From Octopus vulgaris (Eukaryota), in the NCBI GenBank assembly GCA_951406725.2, contig OX597818.1:3968001-4032000 (forward strand): a stretch of DNA of 64,000 nucleotides, read 5' to 3'. Position numbers and translations under genes: made by a program. Position 1 is the stretch's first letter. Every line of letters starts with the position of its first letter. Under the pieces are notes generated by a model that made no database searches, had not been told where the DNA came from, and saw only the letters and a program-made list of their open reading frames with translations. This document shows, in pieces, positions 1-12,831 of this stretch.

Positions 1-589
1 AGTTTAAGGTTAAAGACTACATGGTTTCAAATCAAACTTCTTAACCATACAGCCATGCCTGATTATATATATCTATTACTGTGCAGTATCAGTAGAAAAC
101 AAGAACATAATTTTAATGGCATCTAGTCATGTCTCTTTACATTCTGATCTTAATTTTTTTTATATTTTAACTTTTTTTAAGCAATAAACTAACAACCAGT
201 GAAACACTGTACCTGATTTAATCATCTGTGCCCTACAAAAATGCAAGAAATTATACACATAACACTATTATGTAAAACACAAAATAAATGTTACAATTTC
301 ATATATGAGATACAGTCAACCAGATTATTAAAGGCTCATCAAAGAAACCAATAAAATCCAGAAATAATGAACAAAGGGGGATTATTTTTCATTTCTTTTA
401 ACATCTGTAAGCTCACCCACATTCAAGTGGGATAATAAGTAAACAGAACACAACTTTTTTATATCTTTTAGTCAGGAGGGAAGACAGTGTCCACAAGGCT
501 TCCAAGACTGATGGAAGAAAGAGAGGAAAGCATCTTCAAACTGGAAGCCTGCCCAAATGCTTATAACAGAGTGGACTCTGCTAAGGGCT

Positions 590-890
590 CCCGTGGTACC
601 AGGTGGTGCTTTTAAACTGGGCAATGGTTAAGTCTACCACCCAAGTAAGTCATAGTGGGATTTGAACTAAGAATGTAAAGAGCTGGAATAAATACAACAA
701 GGCATCCGATTCGTTGGTTTTACAGTTCCACAAATCCATCACCTTGGAATAGTACTTTATTTTTATCAACCCTGAAAGCATGAAAGGCAAAGTTGACCTC
801 AACGGGATTTAAACTCAGAGCACAGAATCAGAACAAATACTGCAAAGCATTCTGTCCAATGTGCTAACAAGTCTACCAAAGTACTGCTGA
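590..890 (-). mobile_element. Degenerate tRNA-derived SINE copy or copies
   Basis: The reverse complement resembles the SINE at 14839/16614 (GTTTAAATCCCGTTGAGGTCAACTTTGCCTTTCATGCTTTCAGGGTTGATAAA). Boundaries are approximate. Confidence 0.5.
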
Positions 891-2600
891 AGCATACTGT
901 TGGGTGGGGGGGCAATTTAACTATGAGCTGGAAATTTTTTTTCATATCTCCAAAATTCTCCATTCACAATTCAAATCTGAGTTGTGTAGTCATAATTTAA
1001 TACTAATCCTTTAAGAAGTCAGACTGTTGAGTTGATATTGTTTTTGTTAGCAGTGGTTGGTGGTGGTTGATTTCCAATCTACTAACTTTTCGTAAGGCGT
1101 AGTTTGCTAGTTAAGACCGTGAAAAAAATATCAGATTTTAAATACACTGAACAATAGCACCCAAACCTTTTAGTTCTTCTGTAGAGATGTAATTAGAGGT
1201 TTAAAGATAGATATACAATTGTGTCATTAGTGTATAATACGAGGAAATAGGTTGCCAACAATGATAACAAAAAGCGCTTGTATGATTTTAATTTGATTGC
1301 TGGATAGGGCAAATAATGTTCGAAACATTAGATTTTCACTCTCACGGCGACAAAAGTTTCTCACACCAAGAAACACTTTTCAAAAAGTTTTATTAGAATA
1401 TTGGGAATAACAACAATATTGATTTAATAAAATACCATAACAACATAGTTTATATGCAATTTAGCAGAGATGCTTAATGTGTAGAGTGAAGTCGACGCTC
1501 ATTGAAACATAGATCAAGGCAACGCCGTCACAGTAAGCAGAAATCTAAATTTTGACAGAATAAAGTCTGTTTACTGTGTTTATCACTTTTGTGTATTGAA
1601 CTTATATTAAATGTTCATGATATTTTGTTAGACATATTGCGACAGATATATCATCAAGGTGAATGAGTATAGTAAATGATGTACTAATTAATGACCTTGT
1701 TGCATTACACAATAAAAATCTTATTAAGGTAACATTTGTCTTGAGATCGAAATGCCTTATCCTATAGATAATAATATAATAATAATATGAAACAAAATAT
1801 AACATAAAAAAGTTACAATGACCATATAAACGATCACATATGACGAGATAGTTGCTTGTAAATAAACGTGAAACAAAAAGGATAAATGTGACATGTTAAC
1901 ATAGCTGGAATAAAATAACACTTTGTTTAAAGACAGATAAAACAATATTTTTAATATTTTACCCACCATCGCAGTCGAAAAGAAATGTATCAACATGTGC
2001 AAGGAGATAATTCATGTGGTTGCCATCCAAATATAATGACTTTGATGTAGACATCTTCAGAGCGGTTGTTAGACCAATCTTAGAGTTACGTCCCTTTAAT
2101 TTACTCCCATTGAAAGACAATTCAGTTTGTGGATGTACAATTCAGTTTGCGGCTTCGAACATTATTCATAAATGAATGAAATTACTTAGAAATTAGAAAA
2201 TATAGAGAGATAAAAAAACAACCAGCCCCCATACCTACACACCTTTTTTCCATACATGTACTCCTCAATCTAAGCACTAATGTTTATGCTAGCACATATC
2301 CTCGTTTTGAACCAGGGAGAAAACTGACAGTGACGAATAGATAGATACTCAAGCTCTAAGCTCATAATGCTTCCATTGCAGCAAGCATTTTATGTATCCG
2401 AAAATAGCATAGTTAAAGAGTCCTTAGGCTTGTTGTCTTAAATCTAGCTGGATAATATCAGTGCCGGCATATTCAACATCCATTAAAAATACTTGGGACG
2501 CATCCTTCCATCTCTAGTGTACCGGGGTCAAGTATACAGAGAACGACATTGAATTAAATGATTATGCTTTTTATTGTGATGAGTGTAATGAATAAATTTT

Positions 2601-3116
2601 GGATCTTTTCGGTTTGAACGGCAGTTTTTAACATAACTTCTAGGTAACTAAAAAATTTTTAACTTCGTATACTGGTAGAATGTGTTTATGAAACATCATT
2701 TTCTCTTGGCTTTCTTGAGAAAATTCTGTAGTTTGTAACATATTTCGTCTTTAATTTCTTGCATTTCGGCAATTTTAACCTATTGCATTTCAATCTATTT
2801 TAGATTTAGGGTTAGGGGTGGGGAAGGGTATCTTTTTTTCTTCACAAATGTAAATAAACCCAATCTGTTTCTTAAACAAGGGACATATTCATATGGCACA
2901 GAATGCTTTCACCTCAATAGACGGTCATTGATTGGTTAAAATTGCCGAAATGCAAGAAATTAAAGACGAAATATGTTACAAACTACAGAATTTTCTCAAG
3001 AAAGCCAAGAGAAAATGATGTTTCATAATAAACACATTCTACCAGTATACGAAGTTTAAAATTTGTTAGTTACCTAGAAATTATGTTAAAAACTGCTGTT
3101 CAAACCGAAAAGAACC
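2601..3116. mobile_element. MITE/foldback DNA transposon with ~185-bp terminal inverted repeats (Mutator- or hAT-like)
   Basis: GGATCTTTTCGGTTTGAACGGCAG... at 2601 is mirrored by ...CTGCTGTTCAAACCGAAAAGAACC at 3116. The 8-bp direct repeat TAAATTTT flanks both ends (2593-2600, 3117-3124). Confidence 0.85.
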
Positions 3117-3505
3117 TAAATTTTCTTTCTCAAACATATAATGTTTCTCTTTTCACCCATGTACCATGTCCAAGATTATATTTCACTGCATTTTGTTCTT
3201 AACCCATAAAGCGCTTATATTTGCACTTACATAGCATAGACAGGTGAGCACATTTTATGAAAATGAGACTACCATGCACACATAAAAACAAAAAATAGTT
3301 AAAATATCTTCTTTGTATATAATGGTGACAAGTTTTAAATCATCTGAAAAGTCCTCAGTTGAACTATTAGTCCTCTTGCAGTCTGGAGGGGGGGAGTATC
3401 AGAGCGTTTGAGTGACATTAGACCTCAACAAACGCCCGCATCTATCTGGGCCACGATTGTGGCCTGTCGACCTGTGCCTGACGGCCATGATCGCTTTATG
3501 TGTTA

Positions 3506-3544
<39 letters not shown>

Positions 3545-5123
3545 GTCACCCCCACCAAGTATACAGGGCAACTTCAGACAATTTTTCAATAGAGTGGGGA
3601 TTGTGATCGCTCCGTAGCTATTTACAATGAATGGTCATGCGGCTAAGAAAAAAGTCTTTGAGAAAAAATTTGATCGAAACTGCAAAGTGTTCGAAACCAC
3701 CTCATTAGACGGTATCTTTTATGGCGGAGGTAAAGAATACGTACACCACCCGTTTTTGGCGTAACAAAAACCCTAACCCTAAACACAGGGTGTATGTATT
3801 CTTCACTTTCGTTTCTTTTATCAGTTAACTTTCTGCAGCTATGCTGTAGCACAGCGTTGAACAATTTTAGTCAAACAAATCAATCTAGTCCTTTTTTTTT
3901 AAAACCTGGTACTTATTGTATCAGGTTCTTTTACTGAACTGCAAAGTCATGGATGTATAAACACACCAACATTGGTTGTCAGGCGGTGGTGAGGACAAAC
4001 ACTTACACATTCAATAAATTAAAAGCAGCACTAGTATTGTAAACATTACTAACTGCACATACTCAATGTATGTCTTGTTCGTTCACTGGTTCACTGCATA
4101 TAGTGTTTGGCGGGGTGACTCCCTCATAACACTGGGTGTTAAGCACCTGAAAGTTATAGATATGTGAGACAATTTGCCTCCAATTGAAGTCAAGAGTGAT
4201 GGATACCAATATTTTGCCATTTTTGTGGCTTATCACACAATAACAGTAGACAAAAAAATCTTTCTTATGGTACAAAGTGTAAAAACATCATATCTTCCGT
4301 CTGTTGCCCTCTTTCGGATTCCCAGAAGCAGCGTTCCTAGCACTTCAGCCGTTATCAATGGGAAATACCAAAGAGAGGTGACTCAGAGTAGATTTAAAGT
4401 CCTAGCATTAACTAAAACATAGTCAACAACATTGACCAAGATGCACTATTGGACTGGGAGGTCAGGAGAAATTCATTAGTATCAGTGCCAAACAGTGTTT
4501 AGGCTTCAATGAACTTTAAGTTAGTTGAAATATGTTTGTGACATATTTCAACTAGTATTATTTTTTTTTTTTTAATGTACACGTATGTGTTTAAGTGTAT
4601 GTGTAGGAGAAAGTGTGTGTGTTTGTTGGTCACTCAAGTGGATTTTTCCAGTTATTTTAGTAACAGTATAATTTTTTTATTAAGTAACAAATTTTTGATA
4701 AAATGTAATTCCATTGCCTTCAGGATATACATCTTATCAAAAAATTCTTACCTAAACTACACATAAAAAAAAGAAAATGGAAAAATATATTTATAAACAC
4801 ATGAAAAATCCTCTTTTCTCATTACTGTTCCAAAAATAACTGAAAAATTTCACTTATGTAACCAACACACAAACGCTCTCACACACATATGGTTAAACAC
4901 ATATACATACACTTAAAAAACTCTTTAAAAACAGTTTGATACAGTGAATTTCCTACAGCTGGACAACAAGACAGGAAGCAAGAAATATAATGACTAAAAG
5001 AAAATTGACCTATTGAACTGTCATTAATTTCAAGCATCTCAGAAAAAGACCCTTTTCAGCAACTGGGTAACATGAGAACTGACCAAAGAGTACAATGCAC
5101 TTTCAACCATCTCAGAAAAGATA

Positions 5124-5223
<100 letters not shown>

Positions 5224-5975
5224 CCTGTCTGTCTTTCCTTTTACCTTTTTTCCTCTCTAACCAAGCCTCAAAAACTTCACCACACACACAAACACACACA
5301 GATTCAAAATAACAAAGAAAATCTCTTCCTAATTCAGCTTCAGATTTTTTCAACTCACATATATATATAAAAAGCATAAATTTTCTGTAAATAAATCATT
5401 CATGATGATTCTCTCAAAAAGAGATGAAAATGCTAAATAGATAACATTCCAAAATTCTGACTACCTCATATTTCTTCATATATAAAATCTGTACACCACT
5501 TCAAACAACTCACACAAGTGTCACGAATAGCTAGTAGCCTTATTAAACAATAATTAATGGTGATAGAAGCAGTATTAATGCCAAAAGGAAATAATTATCC
5601 CAATTTAAAAGTGGATGTTGAGTTAGAACACAAAGAACAGTGATAGTTATCATGAAAGTGCCTCACTTGTGGTCTTTTGGTACATATAAGCACTCTTGTT
5701 GATATCGCTAGCAATTCAATGTATACTGCTATACATTGAAGAGATACTGGTGCTATTTCCATCAGTCAAGTGTCTGCCATTGACAATGTCAACGAAGGCT
5801 GAAATCACATGGTACAGTAGTCTCTGCAGTGGCAATCACAAAGATTTATCTCTCATTAGCAATGTAAACAATAGTGCTTATATGTACCAAAACATAATAT
5901 GAGAAGTTCTCACATGGTAACTATTCCAGTTTTAGTGGAGATAAATATTTCCTTTCATTATTAATACTGCTTCTG

Positions 5976-6929
5976 TCACTACCACTCAGAGTGAAAGGTA
6001 GAATGTACAATGCATATGCCTGAACTGCCATGCTTCATGGCAGTGAAACATGGGCTGTGACCGTGGAGGACATGCGCAGGCTTGAAAGAAATGAAGATAG
6101 CATGATCCGCTGGATGCGTAATGTCAGTGTGCACACATGACAGAGTGTAAGCGCCCTGAGAGAAATGTTGGACATAAGAAACATCAGATGTTGCATGCAT
6201 GAGAGACATTTGCACTGGTATGGTCATTTACTACAGATAGATGAGGAGAGATATGTAAAGAAGTGCCACTCCCAAACAGTTGAAGGAATCCGGGTAGAGG
6301 TAGACCCAGGAAGACATGGTATGAGGTGGTCAAGCATGACCTTCGAATGTTGGGCCTCACAGAGGCAATGTCAAAAGACTGAGATCTCTGGAGATATGCT
6401 GTGACTGTGAAGACCCGGTAAATAAAGTGAGTTCATGGCTGTATCCTACACCAGTTTCACATAACCAGCCCTAGCCCACTCAAAAGTACCTTGGATCGTA
6501 GGGCAAACTGCTGTGCTTGCCTTGGATCATAGGGTGACCTGCTGTGCTTGAGGAGACCTATTGAGGCAAGTACATCAAAACTAAAATCAAATGGAAATTG
6601 TAGCTGTGATCCCCATGCTAGTGGCATGTAAAAAGAACCATCCGAATGTGGCTGATGCCAGCACTGCCTTGACTCTTTTACATGCTGGTGGCACGTAAAA
6701 AGAAGTAACTGATTGTGGTCGTTTCTAGCCTCCTCTGGCCCTTTTGCAGGTGGCATGTAAAAAGTAGCCACTACACTCTCAGAGTGGTTGGCGTTAGGAA
6801 GGGCATCCTGCTGTAGAAACACTGCCAGATAAGACTGGAGCCTGGTGCAGCTTCCTGGCTTCCCAGACCCCAGTCAAACCGTCCAACCCATGTCAGCATG
6901 GAAAATGGACGTTAAACAATGATGATGAT
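5976..6929 (+). mobile_element. 5'-truncated RTE-clade LINE (degenerate RT C-terminus, 3' UTR, (GAT)n tail)
   Basis: Homologous to 34670-35630 (LRVKGR...ETWAVT...RLHWYGH) and ends in GATGATGAT. Confidence 0.85.
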
Positions 6930-6937
6930 AGCGATAT

Positions 6938-7954
6938 ATCATCATCATCATCATCATCATTTAGCATCTGCTTTCCATGCTAGCATGGGTTGGACGGTTC
7001 AACTGGGGACTGGGAAGCCAGAAGGCTGCATCAGGCCCAGTCTGATCTGGCAATGTTTCTACGGCTGGATACCCTTCCTAATGCTAACCACTCCGTGAGT
7101 GTAGTGGATGCTTTTTACGTGCCACCGGCACAGGTGCCAGACGAGTCTGGCAAACGGCCACAATCGGATGATGCTTTTTACGTGCCACCGGCATGGGGGC
7201 CAGTCGGGGCGGCGCTGGCAACGGCCACGTTCGGATGGTTCTCTTATGTGCCACCGGCACTGGTATCTTAGCTGCAATTTCCATTGATGTTGATCGATTT
7301 CGATTCTCATTTGCCTCAACAGGTCTTCACAAGTAGAGTTTTGTGTCCCAAGAAGGAAAGGTATGCATAAGTGGACTGGCTACATCCCGTGTAGAGGCCA
7401 TGGGTTATGGTCTCACTTGTCCTGTCGGGTCTTCTCACGCACAGCATACTTCCATAGGTCTCGGTCTCTAGTCATTTCCTCAGTGAGACCTAAAGTTCGA
7501 AGGTCGTGCTTCACCACCTCGTCCCAGGTTTTCCTGGGTCTACTTCTTCCACAGGTTCCCTCAACCGCTAGGGTGTGGCACTTTTTCACACAACTATCTT
7601 CATCCATTCTCACCACATGACCATACCAGCGCAAACGTCTCTCTTGCACACCACATCTGATGCTTCTTAGGTCCAGCTTTTCTCTCAAGGTACTTACACT
7701 CTGTCGAGTATGAACACTGACGTTACACATCCATCGGAGCATACTGGCTTCATTTCTTGCAAGCTTACACATATCCTCTGCAGTCATGGCCCATGTTTCA
7801 CCACCATGTAGCATGGCTGTTCGTACACACTCATCATACAGTCTGCCTTTTATTCTGAGCGAGAGGCCTTTTGTCACCAGCAGTGGGAAGAGCTCTCTGA
7901 ACTTTGCCCAAGCTATTCTTACTCTAGCAGTTACACTTTCAGCACACCCGCCCC
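6938..7954 (-). mobile_element. 5'-truncated RTE-clade LINE, second subfamily
   Basis: ORF 7413-7976(-) reads GGCAESVTARVRIAWAKFREL...RLRWYGHVVRM...GRSRPRKTW. (CAT)n at 6938-6960. Confidence 0.9.
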
Positions 7955-8346
7955 ATATATATATATATGTTATCAAACTCTACATAGAATATTTTCTACA
8001 TGATATTCATGCAGTGTATGCAGATGGCACAATCCAACTTAGTGAATAAATCCACTCTTCTTTGTTCAGACATGTACTTTATATAAAGATACTTTCCAAA
8101 TACTTCTGGAGGGCAGATTCCAGGGTAGGTGAGCAAAATATAAATGAGTAACAAAGATGTATAAGTTTCAATTTATTACAGCTGTTTCTAATGATTTCTT
8201 TAATTGATCAATTGAAGCATTACGTCATTACAAAGAAAACTGTTCTCATCAGATGACTGCATAGACTTCAAGCATAAACAACAAGTTGGATATTTAAACA
8301 TATTCATGTCATCAATAGAACGATACAATGTATATATTTATGTATG

Positions 8347-8398
<52 letters not shown>

Positions 8399-8647
8399 AA
8401 GGTGAGAATGTGTGTCTGTCTGTGTGAATCTCTAAAACTTAACAACTATACAACCAATTTCATTCAAATTTTACACATTGTCATAGGCCAAAAACATTTT
8501 TAACTTCTTGTCTAGTGTGAGCCCACAGCAATATCATATCTTCTCCACTATTTCAGTATTACATGTCAAAAATGAAACAATGACATCTCTCTATTGTAAT
8601 GTCAGACGCTTTCACTTTAATACTGAAACTATGAGACGGATGACTTC

Positions 8648-8752
8648 TAAGTGGACATCCATTATACTAGAAGATCTGCTATGGCCATACCACTAACAAA
8701 GGAATGGTAAGACCATAGCAGATCTTCTGCTAGCATAATGGATGACCACTTA
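8648..8752. repeat. 105-bp near-perfect hairpin, possibly a TA-flanked mini-MITE
   Basis: TAAGTGGACATCCATTATACTAGAAGATCTGCTATGG pairs with CCATAGCAGATCTTCTGCTAGCATAATGGATGACCACTTA. Confidence 0.75.
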
Positions 8753-8896
8753 TATGTATGTAATATAATTTTTACTGAAACATCAAGTTTTTCAATAAGC
8801 AACACCACTGGTTTTAAATTGATATTAATCAAATTATTATTCAATTTTTCACCCTTATTATTTTATATTTAAATTTACATGCATATATATATATAG

Positions 8897-11013
8897 ATGT
8901 ATATATACCCGCTGGATTTTTCTCAGAAAAATATACCTATCCCTGCACGGAAACAATATCTCAAAGGTCTTATAGAGAAAACAGAAGAGTTTATTCGAAG
9001 ATTGAGATGGAAAGCCTTCTTCTTTGATAATAAACAGAAAATAGAAGGAAACAAATATGGATTTAAATCTCCCAGAAACCCGCCACCTATTCCGGAATTA
9101 GAAGCCTTCGAGAAAGACCTTTTCGAGCTTATTAGGAAAATTAAATTCCGCAAATATACCAACGAATTGCAGAAAAATATGAGAGAAAAAATTAAGGAGA
9201 TTAACGACTCGAATAAGATCTTCGTTAATTCTGACAAGACAAGGAACTTATATGCACTTGATAAGGACGTTTATAAGCGCCTGATTTCGAATAGTGTCAC
9301 AGACACATACAAAAAAGACAACATGAATATATACAAAGAGGTGAACTTAGAAGCAAGAGGAATAGCTAACGATCTTAAGATTAGCGATAGGATTGAATAT
9401 CTTTCACCACGACCAGCTTTTATTACTCTGAAAGACCATAAAGCCAATTTTAGTAGAAACCCCAAATGTAGATTGATAAATCCGGCTAAAACTGAGATAG
9501 GAATTATTAGCAAAAATATTTTGGACCGTATTTTAGTTAAGTTAGATAGCGAAGTAGACTTGAGAATTTGGAAGAATAGTAAGTCAGTCATAGAGTGGTT
9601 TAAAGGTATTAGCTATAAGAATAATTGTAGTTTCACACAATTCGACATTATTGACTTTTACCCGTCAATATCTAGGACGTTGCTCCTAAGGGCATTGGAC
9701 TTCGCCAAGCAATATGTCAACATCGATAGCTCGGAAATTGATATTATTATACATGCGAGGAAATCGCTTCTTTTTTTCGAGGATTCCACCTGGATTAAGA
9801 AGACCGAGGATTCTCTTTTCGATGTACCGATGGGGGCATACGACGGGGCTGAGTTATGTATGCTCATAGGAGCCTTTATTCTCCGTAATCTAAAAATAGA
9901 ATTCCCTTTTATAGATGCAGGTTTATATAGGGATGACGGCCTTATAGCCACGCATAATCTAAATGGCCATGAATCAGATAGACTTAGGAAGGACCTCATA
10001 GCTTTCTTTCAAAGGATGGGCTTACGGGTTACGATAGATGCTAACCTGAATAGTGTAGATTTTTTAGATGTAAATTTTAATGTAAGATCAGATAGATTTA
10101 AACCTTTCCGTAAGCCCAATGAAAAGATTCGAACCATCCACCAGTTATCCTTAGGAACTTAGTCAGCAATGTAGGTAGAAGAATATCTTCAATTTCTTCG
10201 GACGAGGCAGCATTCCATAATGCTGCACCTTATTACGATAGCGCATTAAAGAATAGTGGATTCTCTGAGAAGATCCAGTTCAACCAGCTTAATGCTGATA
10301 ATAATGCTGCACGAAGAACTAGGACCAGGAAAGTTTTGTGGTTCAACCCGGCTTTCAATTTGGCCGTAAAGACTAATATAGGTAAGGAATTTTTGAGATT
10401 AGTCTCTAAGCATTTTAAGCAGGGTCATAAATTCTATAGGATTTTTGATAGAAGAACCCTAAAGGTTAGCTATTCTTGTTGCAGAAATTTCGCCTCTTAC
10501 ATTAGCCAACATAATAGGAAGCTAATTGAGATTAGACATGGTGCCGAGCCCATTAAGAAATGCAATTGCAAAAACGAAAGCTCCTGTCCGTTAGAAGGGA
10601 AATGTCTAGTGAAAGGAGTAGTTTATAGAGCCAAGGTGCAAGTGGAAGGCTCATCAGAATACAAGACATACATAGGGGCTTCAGAAAATTCATTTAAAAC
10701 AAGATTTTATTCTCATAAAAATTCATTTAAATACCCAGAGAATAGGAAGAGGACCAGCCTAGCAAAATATGTCTGGGAACTAAAAGAAAAGGAAGCCCCA
10801 CCTTTCAATGTGACATGGAGCATTCTGGACAGGGCGGCACCATACAGGCATGGAGCTTACAAAAATAATTTCAAGTGCAAACTTTGTCTATTAGAAAAAA
10901 TGTACATCTTATTCAAAGACAATAATTCTTTGAATCAAAGAAGTGAGCTAATGAACTTATGTAGGCACGCGGCTAAATTTAAAATGTCGAATATAAATAT
11001 ACCATATGGATAG
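8897..11013 (+). pseudogene. Penelope-like RT plus GIY-YIG endonuclease, interrupted by one small deletion/frameshift near 10131
   Basis: Motifs SDK, FDIIDFYPSI, PMG, YRDD and DFLDV. After the shift, frame 2 reads NHPPVILRNL...WFNP...KVSYSC...CNCx5CPLEGKC...GVVYRA...YIGASE...FKTRFYSH...CKLCLLEK. Confidence 0.9.
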
Positions 11014-12075
11014 AGTATATATTTTGTATTTTTGATTTTTGAAATTTTGATTTTGACTCTTGAACGATGAGCGCTACAATGGATTTTGTTTTCCAAGCTA
11101 TGCGGATCTTAATCCGTATAGCAAAGTCTTATGTTTCTACATATACATCAGGAAAAACCTTCGACCCTGTTTTCAGGTTACTGTATTGTATAGGATTACC
11201 TTGATTATTTATATTACCTTGATTATTTATAAATGATCCAAAATAGGGTGTTATATTTTATTTTATATGTCTTTCGTATATATTTTTATTAATGCACCCA
11301 TTCTTTTAAAAAAAAGCAATGTTGTCAAAATTAAAATGTTGATGTAAGTATGTGTATAGCCGAGGATATGTATTTGTAAGCATGCGTATCTGTGTATGTG
11401 TAAGTGAGAGTATGTTTGTGCTTAAGCACACGTATACACGACTGTATGTATGTATCCATACGAACTTGTTTGTATACTTGTCTCCATATATGCCAATAAC
11501 GCCGTTACACAGATTGTATACATAATTTTTTCTTATTTCGTTTTTTTCCCCACCCCTCTTTCGTTCCTTTTTCTCTCTCTTCCTTTCTTTCGTCCACCCA
11601 CCTTACTCAGTATATGAGAATCGCTACATACATGATTTTTAACTTGCGTGCGAGATGGTTTTGTGTGAATATATGTACACATGCATTTATGTGTATATTT
11701 AGATTTATATTCATACGTCTGTATATGTATGGCGTTGGCGCGCATCCTTTTTGTGTATGTTGATATATATATGCACATTTTAATAAAAATATGTATTGCA
11801 GTGTAATATTTATAACAGGTTTAATTCCTATGAATTAATTTATACTTTCTTCATTAATGTCAATATGTATTTTATTCAATGTAAGGTTTTTTCCTCGGAT
11901 TTTATAATTTTTTATAAGCTTTTTTATATATATATACATATATTTTTGACCTTTTTGTTTATCGCTCGAAGATTGACCGTTTTTTTCTAAAGGGCCAATC
12001 AAACAAGTCCATTTCTTTTTAAAGGTGTAGCGTTTGTAAGAGTCTAGATTGAATTGATATATCAGTTCCATTCTA

Positions 12076-12128
12076 GCAAAAACTGTCTGATGAACGGCAA
12101 CGAGAAACTCAGAGTAACAGATTTTGTT
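12076..12128 (+). ncRNA. Type I minimal hammerhead ribozyme
   Basis: Stem I AGCAAAA.CTGT/ACAG.TTTTGTT; core CTGATGA (12087-93); stem II CG-GCAA-CG; GAAA (12104-07); stem III CTC-A-GAG; GUA cleavage triplet ending at 12116. Confidence 0.8.
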
Positions 12129-12153
12129 GAATTTTCTGCTGCTTAAAATAAAG

Positions 12154-12184
<31 letters not shown>

Positions 12185-12190
12185 ACATAC

Positions 12191-12239
<49 letters not shown>

Positions 12240-12240
<1 letters not shown>

Positions 12241-12762
12241 CTGGAAGGTTTACGAAAATTAAACAAAAGACGAAGGCAGGTGGAGTACAAACGAACAAAT
12301 GTATTAGTATGGCGCTCAGGAATAGAAATAGAACAAGTCTTTTACGTTTCAAGCCTACGCTCTTCAACAGAAAGATACACAGAAAAGAAACAAGGAGAGA
12401 AAGAAAATGCGTGTAGGAGCTAACGTGGAGAGAGGAGAGGAGGGGAAAGGAAGGGATGGTAGGGAGAAGAGGAGGAGGGGAGGGGGAGAGAAGGGGAGTG
12501 AGGGAGCAGAGAGAAAGAGAGAAGGGGAAGAGGGAAGAAGAAAGAAGAAAGAAGAAGAGGGAAGAAGGGAAAGAGAGTAGGGGTGAAAAGATGAAGGACT
12601 GAAGAGAAGTAGGAGTCGGGGGGGGAGGTTAGATGAAAAGGGGGGAGAGTTGAGCCCAAATGGCGTAAAAGAGCGAAGAGAGAAGATTAATCCCTGTTCA
12701 CGGCGCAAGCGGGAATCCGGATGGCCTCTGTGCAAGGACAATCTGAACACAGACAGGTGTTG

Positions 12763-12765
<3 letters not shown>
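12240..12765 (-). mobile_element. 3' fragment of a second Penelope-like element (GIY-YIG C-terminus, pyrimidine tract, hammerhead variant)
   Basis: ORF segment RLRREQGLIFSLRSFTPFGLN matches the typical PLE endonuclease ending (RE...I..L....P.GLN). Hammerhead variant at 12338-12375. Confidence 0.7.
12338..12375 (-). ncRNA. Minimal hammerhead ribozyme variant with CUGUUGA core
   Basis: Minus strand reads TCTTT-CTGTTGA-A-GAGC-GTAG-GCTT-GAAA-CG-TA-AAAGA. Stem I is TCTTT/AAAGA and stem III is the palindrome ACGT. Confidence 0.6.

Positions 12766-12831
<66 letters not shown>

Larger units (their letters stand above)
8897..12153 (+). mobile_element. Penelope-like retroelement (Naiad-type) with long 3' region ending in a hammerhead motif and AATAAA, inside (TA)n
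   Basis: RT followed by a C-terminal GIY-YIG ORF. Hammerhead at 12076-12128 and AATAAA at 12147-12152. That the 3' region belongs to this same element is an inference. Confidence 0.8.
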
